A DNA stretch of 61,701 nt from a virus (IMGVR_UViG_3300043171_000134:1-61701); one strand, 5' to 3'; positions 1 to 8,931 are shown, counted from the stretch's first letter. Notes: a model not told the origin generated them from the sequence alone. A program made the numbers and translations.

Positions 1-127
1 GAGCGACGGTGCGCCCTGCCAGATCGAAGGTAGGGACCGGGAACTTGCCTAGCCGGATGGCTCGCTTTGCGGCCCGGACGTTCACGTATTCAAAGATCTC
101 GATCAGCTCATCGAGTTCAAGGATGGG
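1..127. repeat. Terminal direct repeat, copy 1 (identical to 61575-61701); probable circular-assembly overlap
   Basis: Exact 127-nt match of the first and last bases; 127 is a common assembler k-mer; an ORF reads through the junction. Confidence 0.95.
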
Positions 128-180
128 GAGTAAATTTTGGGTTTCCATTGTCGGGATTTGCCTGAAAGTGTCAAAAGTTG

Positions 181-1593
181 TTAGGCGCACTTTAGCACAG
201 GCTTGATGTATTCACGCAAGCCGATCAGCATTTCTTCTTGGTTTCGGGCATTTTGGGTGAGTTTGCTGCTGACCCGAGCTTCGTAGGTATTCTCGGTGAC
301 GATATGGTGCAGGACGATCCGCTTGCCGACTGCCCGCAAGCCCCCGGAGAGGCGAGCGCATGTCTGCTGGTAATCGTACAGGCTCCATAGCAGGCCGAAG
401 AAGATCAGGTTTTCAGATCCCGAGTAGTGGATATTCGTGCCTTCGCCGGCCGATTTCGGGCTGATGATCAGCCTGTCGAACTTGCCGGCATTCCAGTCAT
501 TCTCGTCCTGCTCCGTTTTCAGCAGACGCCAATTTTCGTTCGCCCTGGTGAGTGCCTTCTGGATGCGGAGCCGGTCAGGAATGTAGTGATAGACGATGAT
601 CACAGGCCCGCTCAGACCTTCCAGCAGCTCCATCAGGGCTTCGATCTTGGCGTCGTGGAATGAGTGCCACTTCGGGTGTTCGCTGTACACGAACCCGTTG
701 GCGAGCTGCAGCAGCTTGTTTGCCAGCACCCCGTTGTTCACGGCCCGGATGATATCGCCGGCAAAGCGCAGAATGTAGTTGCGCTCAAGCTCCTGATACG
801 CCTTGCGCTGATTCTTGGTCAGATCGACCCGGACGGTGTTGATGCGAGGTTCCTCGAACCCCTCGATGTAATCTTCGGCCCGCATGGATATGGTGATATC
901 GCGGATCCGCGAGCGGATCTGCCTCTTGGCATAGGGCTGCGCCCGGTAGGTGTTGCTCGGGTCGTGCCGGGTCGGAGCAATGAACCAGCGGTCATTGAAT
1001 GCCTTCTCAGACGTTCCGAGGCGCTTGCCCCAATCCAGCAGGAAGAACTGCGCCCACAAGCCCCTCAGAGAGCGTGTATCGGGCGAGCCGGACAGGTGAA
1101 CCATGCGGTCGATCTTTTTCCGAACGCGCCGCAGCTGCTTCCAGCGGGCCGAGGATTGGTAGCTGAAGCTCGCACACTCGTCCACGATGCAGTTGTCCCA
1201 ATGCCACTTCTTGACCCACCGTTTCTCATGGATCATCTGATCGACCAGCCAGCTGACGTTTTCCCGATTGATCAGGTGGATCTCGGCCGGCGTATTCATT
1301 GCCTTGATCCGCTGCTTCTCGGTTCCCATGATCTTCTGGACTTCAAAATCGCGAATGTGGTCCCACCTGGCAATCTCGTCCGTCCAGACTTTCCGGGCTA
1401 CGCGCTTGGGCGCGATGATCAGGGTATGACAGACCATGTAATCGTCGATGAGCTGTTGCAGGGCCATCAGCGAACTGACCGTCTTGCCGAGGCCCATGCC
1501 GACCCAACAGGCACAGTTCGGATGCTCCTGCTGGTGTTCCGACATACGGAACTGGAAGGGCAGGATTAGCTCTTTACCGAGTGTCTCGATCAA
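181..1593 (-). CDS. SNF2-family (SF2) helicase
   Basis: Walker A GMGLGKT, IIAP motif Ia, IVDE motif II, KLLQLANG, C-terminal helicase motifs. Confidence 0.92.
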   Translation of the reverse strand: MIETLGKELILPFQFRMSEHQQEHPNCACWVGMGLGKTVSSLMALQQLIDDYMVCHTLIIAPKRVARKVWTDEIARWDHIRDFEVQKIMGTEKQRIKAMNTPAEIHLINRENVSWLVDQMIHEKRWVKKWHWDNCIVDECASFSYQSSARWKQLRRVRKKIDRMVHLSGSPDTRSLRGLWAQFFLLDWGKRLGTSEKAFNDRWFIAPTRHDPSNTYRAQPYAKRQIRSRIRDITISMRAEDYIEGFEEPRINTVRVDLTKNQRKAYQELERNYILRFAGDIIRAVNNGVLANKLLQLANGFVYSEHPKWHSFHDAKIEALMELLEGLSGPVIIVYHYIPDRLRIQKALTRANENWRLLKTEQDENDWNAGKFDRLIISPKSAGEGTNIHYSGSENLIFFGLLWSLYDYQQTCARLSGGLRAVGKRIVLHHIVTENTYEARVSSKLTQNARNQEEMLIGLREYIKPVLKCA

Positions 1594-1753
1594 TGGTTAT
1601 CGACCTTATTTCGGTGATCGGATATCGAATGCCGCCGACGACGACAGCTCCACTTTTTCTTTCCTCAAATTTGCCGACAACGTGCGGCTCGTTTTTGCGC
1701 CTGAGAATGATCCGGACCCGCTGGCCCTTCCGAAAATTGTAGTGAATGGTCAT
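1574..1753 (-). CDS. Small hypothetical protein (SH3/KOW-like pattern)
   Basis: ATGA overlap with the upstream ORF; FRKGQRVRI pattern. Confidence 0.6.
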   Translation of the reverse strand: MTIHYNFRKGQRVRIILRRKNEPHVVGKFEERKSGAVVVGGIRYPITEIRSITIDRDTR

Positions 1754-1899
1754 TTCAAAATAACTATCGCCAACACTGTCCATGCGATTGCGAGGATTGG
1801 TGATCGAAAACCACCTCGATACGCATAGCCTTGCCAGAACCAGCGTAACCATGAAATACCGGCAATAATCGCGATCCCATAACCGATATATTCGATCAT
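1750..1899 (-). CDS. 49-aa two-helix membrane protein
   Basis: Hand translation MIEYIGYGIAIIAGISWLRWFWQGYAYRGGFRSPILAIAWTVLAIVILK; ATGA overlaps at both ends. Confidence 0.65.
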   Translation of the reverse strand: MIEYIGYGIAIIAGISWLRWFWQGYAYRGGFRSPILAIAWTVLAIVILK

Positions 1900-2174
1900 G
1901 TGTGTATCTTCAACAATTTCTTGAAGCCTTCAACATCGTCCACCCACATCGCTACGCCGCCATGCGTTTGAATCTGATCAATCTCGTCATACTGCAAAGG
2001 CGTCGGCTCGTTACCGGGCGCTTTGAACTCGATAGCAAACCAGTGACCGTCTTTGAGGAACAGGCGATCAGGGACACCGCGATGCGACGGACTCGCCCAC
2101 TTCCGTGTGTACCAACCGTTTGCTTTCGCCAGATCCGTACAACGCTTTTCCAGTTTCTTTTCAGCACCCATCAC
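1896..2174 (-). CDS. VRR-NUC domain nuclease
   Basis: E...GVPDR...IEFK.PG..PTPLQ PD-(D/E)XK pattern; usual neighbour of phage SNF2 and polA genes. Confidence 0.9.
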   Translation of the reverse strand: MMGAEKKLEKRCTDLAKANGWYTRKWASPSHRGVPDRLFLKDGHWFAIEFKAPGNEPTPLQYDEIDQIQTHGGVAMWVDDVEGFKKLLKIHT

Positions 2175-2589
2175 CTTTCCTCGCTAGAACTGTTGCAGCT
2201 AATCCGATTTTATCTTCTTCATCATGCAGGCGTCTGAGTTCAGCCATCCGATAATCATGCGACGGGAAATACTTTTCACTGACGATTCGATAGATATCGC
2301 CGGCAAACTGCAATCCCCACATTGTTGGCTCTTTAACAGCCGTAATATAGCCGGCAGCATCGAACAGTTTTTGTTCGTACTGTTTGTTTTGATCTTCCAA
2401 TTTGGCAATCAACGCATCACGAAGTAGCACTTCTTCCGCGTATTTGTAAAGTTTTTCAGTCACCCAATCGACACGACATTGCAGATCTTTCATTTCTAGT
2501 CGAAGCTGTAAATGCAGCAAACCTTGATTCATCCTTGCTTCCCGACATTTTTCCAGCTCTAAAGTGCTTTGCAATAATAATTCATTCAT
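2161..2589 (-). CDS. Hypothetical coiled-coil protein
   Basis: 142-aa ORF overlapping both neighbours; AT-rich. Confidence 0.6.
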   Translation of the reverse strand: MNELLLQSTLELEKCREARMNQGLLHLQLRLEMKDLQCRVDWVTEKLYKYAEEVLLRDALIAKLEDQNKQYEQKLFDAAGYITAVKEPTMWGLQFAGDIYRIVSEKYFPSHDYRMAELRRLHDEEDKIGLAATVLARKGDGC

Positions 2590-2905
2590 TTCCGCCGTAC
2601 CTAAGATGAGTTAAAAATCGGTTGAAATCACGATCTGTTAAATATTCCCGACAAATTTGTGGTTGTTTCGCTTTTCGTTTTGCTTTCAATTGAATATTGT
2701 ATTTCGGTTGTTCTGTTTCTAAAGCTCTTTTTTCAGCATCCATAGCTTCTATTCTTGAAGAAAAACGCTCAATTTCCACACGTTTCAAATCTTCAAACCA
2801 ATGGGCAGTTCTTTTGTGTTGCTCTAATCTATGGACTGCGCTCAGTGAAATACCAACGTACAACAATTCATTTTTACTATTGAAATGCCTATACAAATGA
2901 ATCAT
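2582..2905 (-). CDS. Small GIY-YIG endonuclease
   Basis: LYRHF...LLYVGIS...RLEQH...AE...PKYN; AT-rich relative to the genome. Confidence 0.85.
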   Translation of the reverse strand: MIHLYRHFNSKNELLYVGISLSAVHRLEQHKRTAHWFEDLKRVEIERFSSRIEAMDAEKRALETEQPKYNIQLKAKRKAKQPQICREYLTDRDFNRFLTHLRYGGNE

Positions 2906-4938
2906 TTTCGATACCTCTTAGATCTGAAACCGACAGCACCGACCGGCAAGCCATCAGCCCAATCAGGTTTGTCGCACATCACAGCGCAGACTTCTTTGAC
3001 CGATCCGAATCCTTCACGCGGCTCCATGATTATCTCGTCATGCACTGTCCCTAAAATCGGATATTTCATCGTGTTCAATTTGAACATCGCCAGCGCCATC
3101 AAATCTCTGGCAATTCCTTCGCAAGCGTTTTGGAGTAATTTTCCACCATAAGTCGAGCAACGCGTCCATTGTCGAGTGTAAGTATTGATGCCCATGTATC
3201 TAAGCTCTCCACCCGAAATTGTTGGCTTGAAGTACGCCAGTTTTCGTTTCGAGGGGAGGCGCATATAAAGATAGTCACCGACGACTCTGAACATGAGTTT
3301 ATTCGTCTTAAAAGTTGTACCAGGATTTTCGACAGCCAATATCGCAGCTTCATTTATGTTCTCCCACGTTTCTACAATTTGTGGATTCGCATCACGCCAA
3401 TCCCACTTGATCTGATCTGCCGTTTCGCCTTCGATCTTCGTGCCGTATTGCTTCGACATTTTGACGAACGCGGCCTGACCACCCTGATAGCCGAGCGCCA
3501 GCACAGCGATCTTGCCGAGGAAGCGTAGCTTCGGGAAATTCTTTCCGAATTCTTTCAAGTAATCCAGATCAGTCGGATGGCCGAACATGCGAGCTGCGGT
3601 GTACTCGTAAACCAGCCCATGCGTGGCGAATATCTCGAGTATGTCGAGCTGGCCGGCGAGCCATGCGGTGATCCGCGCCTCGATGGATTTGAAGTCGGCA
3701 AAGAGCAAATCGCGGCCGGCGCCGGGTATCAGCATTCCCCGGACGCAGCTGGCGAATATCTTCATTGGGTTTTGCGGCCACAGCATCTTGATCCAACCCA
3801 CGGATCGCTCCCTGAACGCTTCTATCGCCAGCTCCGGGTCTTCGATGATGGGTCTGAATAGGTTTTGCAGCTGCACGATCAGGCTCGACCAGCGGCCTGT
3901 CGATGCGCCACAGAACAGGAACATGCCCCGCAGTCGTTCGTCAGCGCACACGGACCGCTCCATTGCCGTGAACTTATCCGGCGCTTTCATATTGTGTAGC
4001 GAATAGATGCGCAGCACCCATCGAACATCTTGCGCCAGATCCTTGCGCTTGAGCGTGTCCTTGACCGTTTGCGCCTGTAGGTTTTCAATCTCGACACCCT
4101 GACTGCGAAACCACTCACTTAGCGCCTGTGTCTGCGACGGTTTCAGCCCGTTGATATCGTGCATTTTCTTAACCAGGCGGGCCTTGTATTCGGTGATTAG
4201 GTGCTGGACGTCTGCCACTCGTTCAAGATCGACGCGCCAGCCCCGGTCATTTATCTTCTGATCGAGCAGGAATAGTTTTTGCTCCGACTTGCCGAGGTCC
4301 GGCACGATCTGATCCAGATCCCGTTCGGCGTGAACATCGTCAACGCAATAGGTGTACAGGTTGTAAAATTTGTCCGGCACATCGTCGGGCAACCATCGAG
4401 TAGCCGGATTCAGTTTCGATGGCTTGCGAGGTTTCGACAGGCGCAGCATATCGGGCCGGCCATCCTCGTCTTTCTGGTGCGCTGTCTTGAGTGCCTTGCA
4501 GGCATCGCCTAGCCCCCGAGGGAGTGAGTGAGCTGCGGCCTTCGCGGCTGTGCAGACCCACTGGCTGCGCTTGGTTTGGGGGAAATTTATTATTTGTCCT
4601 GGTAGTCCGTTAAGAATCGTTCGCTCGAACTGACTGTTGTGCGCGCGGAGCTGCCCGCCACTGTTGATGTGCCAGCGGATCCGCTTGGGGCCTCTGAATC
4701 CGATGTGACACAGACCACCCTGTTTGGCGACGTAATTTCTGATCTGTCGCCGTAAGGATCTCGGTAGCAGGGGATCTGGAATCCAGAGATTGACCGGTTC
4801 GTCACCGAACGCATATGCGAGGCAAAGGATTTCCGTCGAGTAGCATTCGGCGTATCGGTAAACGCCAGATTTTTTGAGCAAGGTTCTGGAAAAGGTTTCA
4901 ATGTCGATGTGACAAATGAAAGGCATTTCAGAAGACAT
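2902..4938 (-). CDS. polA: Family A DNA polymerase with 3'-5' exonuclease (start may be ATG at 4926)
   Basis: ExoI DIETFS, ExoII AHNSQFER, ExoIII YCVDDV, motif A DFKSIEAR, motif B RFLGKIAVLALGY, motif C VHDE. Confidence 0.95.
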   Translation of the reverse strand: MSSEMPFICHIDIETFSRTLLKKSGVYRYAECYSTEILCLAYAFGDEPVNLWIPDPLLPRSLRRQIRNYVAKQGGLCHIGFRGPKRIRWHINSGGQLRAHNSQFERTILNGLPGQIINFPQTKRSQWVCTAAKAAAHSLPRGLGDACKALKTAHQKDEDGRPDMLRLSKPRKPSKLNPATRWLPDDVPDKFYNLYTYCVDDVHAERDLDQIVPDLGKSEQKLFLLDQKINDRGWRVDLERVADVQHLITEYKARLVKKMHDINGLKPSQTQALSEWFRSQGVEIENLQAQTVKDTLKRKDLAQDVRWVLRIYSLHNMKAPDKFTAMERSVCADERLRGMFLFCGASTGRWSSLIVQLQNLFRPIIEDPELAIEAFRERSVGWIKMLWPQNPMKIFASCVRGMLIPGAGRDLLFADFKSIEARITAWLAGQLDILEIFATHGLVYEYTAARMFGHPTDLDYLKEFGKNFPKLRFLGKIAVLALGYQGGQAAFVKMSKQYGTKIEGETADQIKWDWRDANPQIVETWENINEAAILAVENPGTTFKTNKLMFRVVGDYLYMRLPSKRKLAYFKPTISGGELRYMGINTYTRQWTRCSTYGGKLLQNACEGIARDLMALAMFKLNTMKYPILGTVHDEIIMEPREGFGSVKEVCAVMCDKPDWADGLPVGAVGFRSKRYRK

Positions 4939-5020
4939 TCATAGCCACAACGAATAGAAGGATGCCGCCGATAAGAAGGATCGTGCAGATGATCGAAACG
5001 TGATCTTCAAAGCGTTTCAT
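4928..5020 (-). CDS. 30-aa single-TM peptide
   Basis: MKRFEDHVSIICTILLIGGILLFVVAMNVF; ATGA overlap with the SET gene stop; fills the gap to polA. Confidence 0.5.
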   Translation of the reverse strand: MKRFEDHVSIICTILLIGGILLFVVAMNVF

Positions 5021-5394
5021 TTCGACTCCGGCTCCGGAATTCTCATTGCCTCATGTTCTTCGGGTCCGGACATATCGTAGTTGCATGTGAGTTCTTCGCC
5101 AGCCTTGATATCACAAAGAGCATTCTCGCCATCGGTGTTCGGATCTTCGGAATGATTCATAAACTTGTCACTGTCGAGACTGATTATGAAACTGCCATCA
5201 TCCTCCCGCCATGTGTAGCGGTACATATGATCTCGGGCCTGTTCAGGCAACGACTCTATAACGCGAACGGCAATCGTCATATCCATGATCGGATGCCTTT
5301 TCCAAAGCGCCTGACCTTTCTTCAAATCTTCTAAAGTGAACAAGCCGAGTCCGTGAATTTCGGAAGGCTTGACTTCGGTTTTGATCAGTAACAT
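5017..5394 (-). CDS. SET-domain protein-lysine methyltransferase
   Basis: S.IHGLGLF, FMNHSEDPN and DIKAGEELTCNY are the canonical SET motifs. Confidence 0.92.
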   Translation of the reverse strand: MLLIKTEVKPSEIHGLGLFTLEDLKKGQALWKRHPIMDMTIAVRVIESLPEQARDHMYRYTWREDDGSFIISLDSDKFMNHSEDPNTDGENALCDIKAGEELTCNYDMSGPEEHEAMRIPEPESK

Positions 5395-5405
5395 TCGTAT
5401 GCCTT

Positions 5406-5473
5406 AAAAAAGACAGTGCCGAGGGCGGGTACACCATAACGAAGATCCATCATTTTGGTTACCCCCGGCACTG
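5406..5473 (-). terminator. Long imperfect hairpin followed by a U-tract, between the SSB and SET genes
   Basis: CAGTGCCG...CGGCACTG outer stem (5414-5473) with further inner pairing, followed by TCTTTTTT on the minus strand. Confidence 0.55.
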
Positions 5474-5490
5474 CCAGTTTTTACCTAATG

Positions 5491-6072
5491 CTAATCGTCG
5501 TCGTCGTCCCAAGTATCGTCGGCATCATCATCGTCGTCGTCAACGTCGCTCAGTTCTTCGTCAGCTTTCGCTGGCGCATTACCGAACGCTTCGCCGGCCT
5601 TCATAAATTGCACGATACGCAGATTTGCATTCACTCCCTTGCCGCCAACCTCATGGTCTTGACACCACAGCGTAATCACCGTGTTGACGTAGCAGCCGGC
5701 ATACAAGATGCCATCAGCCTCGTCCACTGGCTTGCGCTTGCGATCCACCAGCACAGGTCGTGTGGTGTTCGACGTAGCGATGTAGAACATTCCTTCGTAA
5801 CCTTCATAGTCCTTCTTCTTGTCATGGTCTTTGGCAAGTCCGTAGCACCTTTTCAGACCTTTGGGCTTCTCACCGAACGCTTCGAGCACAATGCGTTTGG
5901 ATTCCGCTTTGATTTCTTTAATCACTTTCGCATGGGCCTTGTCGGAAGGGTCCAATAGGAACGTCGCCTGAAATTTCTCGGCTTGTCCCTTTGTAAATGA
6001 TTTGGCCTGATACAGATGCGGGAACGACAATCTCCCGCCCTCGATGCTGATTTTTTCACTTGTTATGCTCAT
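5491..6072 (-). CDS. Single-stranded DNA-binding protein (DUF2815/T7 gp2.5-like)
   Basis: RLSFPHL, YAGCYVN, GV.ANL..VQF.K.GE.FG, acidic C-terminal tail. Confidence 0.88.
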   Translation of the reverse strand: MSITSEKISIEGGRLSFPHLYQAKSFTKGQAEKFQATFLLDPSDKAHAKVIKEIKAESKRIVLEAFGEKPKGLKRCYGLAKDHDKKKDYEGYEGMFYIATSNTTRPVLVDRKRKPVDEADGILYAGCYVNTVITLWCQDHEVGGKGVNANLRIVQFMKAGEAFGNAPAKADEELSDVDDDDDDADDTWDDDDD

Positions 6073-6122
6073 TACCTTGTTACCTTGTTAATTGATTCCC
6101 GACTGAAAGTCGTCGGCACTTC

Positions 6123-6326
6123 TCAACAGTTTCGCGGGTAATCCCATTTCGAAACGTCGATGATCTGTTTCGCCTTGCGCCGCACGGAAATCGGTACGGT
6201 TTCGTTCTTCGCCACAAAATCAATAAAGTCGATCCGGAGTGCATTCTCCATGCCGTGCGCTCGCTCCGGATCGTCCAGTACGCGAGCGATTGCTTCGACG
6301 CGCCGGGTAATGTCAGTCGGTTTCAT
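6123..6326 (-). CDS. Hypothetical protein
   Basis: DDPERAHGMEN motif; fits the operon. Confidence 0.6.
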   Translation of the reverse strand: MKPTDITRRVEAIARVLDDPERAHGMENALRIDFIDFVAKNETVPISVRRKAKQIIDVSKWDYPRNC

Positions 6327-7461
6327 CAGGTAGCTCCGGCAGCTCGTCCACACTGGCGGCATATGCTTCACGCTTGTCGGAACCGGGAACCAGCACAGGC
6401 TTGCCGCGCGGCTTGTGACAATGCTTCTTCATAATCACATGATCTTCACCGAACGCTTTCTCAAATGCCGGCGCTGTGATCAGTTTCTTGGTGAACATAT
6501 CGGCCACCTTGATCTTGTGCGCTCTCATAGCTTTTTCAGCGTCTTTGGCATCCCGCCATGCACGATTCGAGCGACCTTCGACCATCTTAAAAGGTAAACC
6601 GTCGCCACCAATAATTTCTTTTCCTTGCGCGACCAGTGATGTAACTGATTCCGTTACATCTACGCACCACTTCACGATTTCGGGAACCAGACTCATAGCT
6701 TCTCCGAGTTCGGATTCCCCCATTTCGTTTGGGTTTGTAATCTCCTGCAGCTCATCGACCAGCGCATCCGTAACCATTTCATAACGGGTCTGACACGTTC
6801 CCTTGATCTTGCACCACTGGCAATGCGATCCGGCCTTGAATGGCGCGTCGTCGGTGTCAGCGAGGTCCGCTGCCGGCTCAACAATTTCGTTCGCCCAGGT
6901 GAGCAGTTCTTCGGCGCTAATCTCCCACTCGTCAATCCAGTCAAGGCGCGGCTGGCAGATGCACAGCTTGAACTTTTTGAAGTCGTACAGATGCCCATGC
7001 TCTTGGAACAGCCCGAGTGCGTACAGCTTCAACTGCGGGTTATCTTCGGCATGGATCTGAATGCCCTTGCCATACTTCAAGTCGATCACGACTGCCGTGC
7101 CATCGTTCAGCAGAGCGGCATCGAGTGTGCCGAATCCACCGTCAACCCATGCGTCATAGCTGACCTTCGCTTCGATCAGTTCTTCTTCGCACTCGAATTG
7201 CTCGACGTAATTCAGGAAATACTGAACATGGCCCGCCATTTCTTTGTCGCACTCGAACTCGCCATCAGGATCTTTCTGCCCGATAAAGGCGTCAGCGTTT
7301 TTCTTGTTGATTCGGGCCAGCTCACTGATCCAATGTGCGAACGTGCCTTCGGCGGCATAGACCGATGTGGTATCGGCCATGCCTTCGGTTGCTTTGACGG
7401 AGCCGGGACAGACCAGCCAGCGTTCAGCTGCAGATGGTCCCTTCGGTGAATGTTCGCTCAT
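6313..7461 (-). CDS. DUF2800-like Cas4/PD-(D/E)XK exonuclease
   Basis: PSAAERW..CPGS, AEGT.AH, FGTLD, IDLKYGKG, NPQLKLYALG, CQWC. Confidence 0.9.
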   Translation of the reverse strand: MSEHSPKGPSAAERWLVCPGSVKATEGMADTTSVYAAEGTFAHWISELARINKKNADAFIGQKDPDGEFECDKEMAGHVQYFLNYVEQFECEEELIEAKVSYDAWVDGGFGTLDAALLNDGTAVVIDLKYGKGIQIHAEDNPQLKLYALGLFQEHGHLYDFKKFKLCICQPRLDWIDEWEISAEELLTWANEIVEPAADLADTDDAPFKAGSHCQWCKIKGTCQTRYEMVTDALVDELQEITNPNEMGESELGEAMSLVPEIVKWCVDVTESVTSLVAQGKEIIGGDGLPFKMVEGRSNRAWRDAKDAEKAMRAHKIKVADMFTKKLITAPAFEKAFGEDHVIMKKHCHKPRGKPVLVPGSDKREAYAASVDELPELPDETD

Positions 7462-7850
7462 TACGCATCCTCCACCTGTGCCTTCGCATCATCAATGACA
7501 CGCTGGTATTTCTTCTCACTGAGCTGGCCGAGTGTCGATGCGCCATACGATTTCAGGAGCGATTTTACTGCCGCCTGGTTGATTGTCTCTTGCAGAATTT
7601 TTAGCTCCGCTCGCACATCTGGCAAAGTCAGCTCGGTGTCGTCGCCTTTCTTCTTATCCGTTTTGCCGACTGTGGTTTTCTTGCCCTTCTTCTTCTTCGG
7701 CGTCGGCGTCGGTTCTTCGTCGTCGTCAGGATCTTCGACGGTGGTCGGCCCGGTAGGCACATAGCCGCGCTCGGCTAGTAATGCTTCGAGCGCGGCGGCG
7801 ATTCGCCCAAGATTCGTGTCGATTGATTTGAGATCAGATTCGATGGTCAT
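7461..7850 (-). CDS. Hypothetical protein typical of the DUF2800-DUF2815-polA module
   Basis: Low-complexity linker and helical C-terminal domain (LL..YGA..L..L). Confidence 0.7.
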   Translation of the reverse strand: MTIESDLKSIDTNLGRIAAALEALLAERGYVPTGPTTVEDPDDDEEPTPTPKKKKGKKTTVGKTDKKKGDDTELTLPDVRAELKILQETINQAAVKSLLKSYGASTLGQLSEKKYQRVIDDAKAQVEDA

Positions 7851-8106
7851 AGCGTTCCTCTATAGATATGTGACACTCGGAATCCGTTTTCAGGACGTTC
7901 GTGTCGTAATGAAGGGTACGGCAGCTGCCGTGTTTTAGGTTGACGACCAGAATATGTCCGTGATCCTTGATTGCGTTCGGCATCATGCCGTGGCACTTGG
8001 GATCAATTTTCATGTACTGGTGGCTTTCGTACTGGAATGTGGCGCCACGGTCTAAGCAACCGAGCTTTGAAAGACGCCTGTCGTGCTGGTTCGTGATAAT
8101 TCTCAT
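7834..8106 (-). CDS. Hypothetical protein, first gene of the leftward replication operon
   Basis: GAGG upstream of the ATG; overlaps the next ORF. Confidence 0.65.
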   Translation of the reverse strand: MRIITNQHDRRLSKLGCLDRGATFQYESHQYMKIDPKCHGMMPNAIKDHGHILVVNLKHGSCRTLHYDTNVLKTDSECHISIEERYDHRI

Positions 8107-8149
8107 TTTGTATGCCTCACGTTGTTATCGCATTAACTTGATTGATTGC

Positions 8150-8217
8150 CGGGAGCAGCTGGTCGTCCACCTTGCGGGGGAGTTGCAGTTTTGGATGATT
8201 AAGTCCAGCTGCTCCCG
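8150..8217 (-). promoter_or_regulatory. 5' leader stem-loop of the replication operon
   Basis: Perfect 13-bp stem CGGGAGCAGCTGG/CCAGCTGCTCCCG with an inner GCAA-capped hairpin on the minus strand, directly after the predicted start site. Confidence 0.65.
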
Positions 8218-8225
8218 ACTTCCGA

Positions 8226-8254
8226 AGCGTACCCTTGAAAATGCGGCGGCGCAA
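8226..8254 (-). promoter_or_regulatory. Sigma70-like leftward promoter
   Basis: TTGCGC-17 nt-TACGCT on the minus strand. Confidence 0.6.
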
Positions 8255-8263
8255 GAATACGAT
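8235..8263 (+). promoter_or_regulatory. Sigma70-like rightward promoter
   Basis: TTGAAA-17 nt-TACGAT, overlapping the leftward promoter. Confidence 0.7.
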
Positions 8264-8302
8264 GCCCTTTCTGTATTAAATCCAACACAGGAATACGCGA
8301 TT

Positions 8303-8596
8303 GTGGTAAAGAAACCCCTGACAAAACGTCAAGAAGTACGCTATGACAAGGTTCTGAGCCAAATTCGTGATCGTTTCGGCTCCTACGAGTCCATAGCCCG
8401 AAAGTCATTCATCATTTACGATGAGGAAATCACCGGCAATACGATCCGAGTCTGGTTTTTGGAGCGCCGAATTTCCACCGATTTTTGCTTCATCCTGTAT
8501 GAAATGATGGGCCGGAGCTTTCCCATTTGCGACTTGCTGCCGTGGTTGATTCAGTATTTCGTTGAATTTCATCAACTTCAGGGAGAATCGGAGTGA
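8303..8596 (+). CDS. Cro/YdaS-like HTH regulator (GTG start preferred over 7967)
   Basis: RFGSYESIARK...ITGNTIRVW HTH-like pattern; first gene after the divergent promoters; AGGA upstream. Confidence 0.55.
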   Translation: MVKKPLTKRQEVRYDKVLSQIRDRFGSYESIARKSFIIYDEEITGNTIRVWFLERRISTDFCFILYEMMGRSFPICDLLPWLIQYFVEFHQLQGESE

Positions 8597-8931
8597 TTGG
8601 GTTCAAATTTCTGATTTTAGGGAAAGAAAACAAACCCCTGAATCACGGTACGATCATCGAGAAGGTGACCGAAGGCAAATATCTGTGTCAGTTCACCCGG
8701 ATACCGACCAGTTGCAGGGTGGTTGATGTGACTGAGATTCAGGGCTGGAATTTGTTTCCGACTGACGATGGCATGAATGAGTTCATTGCGGCGCTCGAAC
8801 CGAAGAAGCCGCCAGCTCCACCACCAGCAGATCCACCGAAAGTTCCACCAATAGATCCACCGAAAACGAACGGGAGCAAGCGAAATGCCAAGAAGTCAAA
8901 AGCCAAGAAAAAAGCACAAGCCAAAAAGTAA
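8593..8931 (+). CDS. Hypothetical protein with Pro-rich linker and Lys-rich tail
   Basis: GTGA overlap; PPADPPKVPP linker, KKSKAKKKAQAKK tail. Confidence 0.65.
   Translation: MIGFKFLILGKENKPLNHGTIIEKVTEGKYLCQFTRIPTSCRVVDVTEIQGWNLFPTDDGMNEFIAALEPKKPPAPPPADPPKVPPIDPPKTNGSKRNAKKSKAKKKAQAKK

Noticed and set aside
1-127. Biological terminal repeat
   Set aside because: Length equals a common assembly k-mer and it falls inside a gene, so it is most likely an assembler overlap
664-1569. Long antisense ORFs (also 11479-12354, 24777-25913, 6823-7449)
   Set aside because: They mirror well-supported genes on the other strand, as expected from GC-rich codon bias, and show no motifs
6313-7461. CRISPR-associated Cas4
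   Set aside because: No cas operon or array; sits in the usual DUF2800-DUF2815-polA replication module
7967-8302. 209-aa version of the Cro-like ORF
   Set aside because: The extension overlaps an opposite-strand gene, the leader hairpin and both promoters; GTG 8303 has an RBS downstream of the promoter
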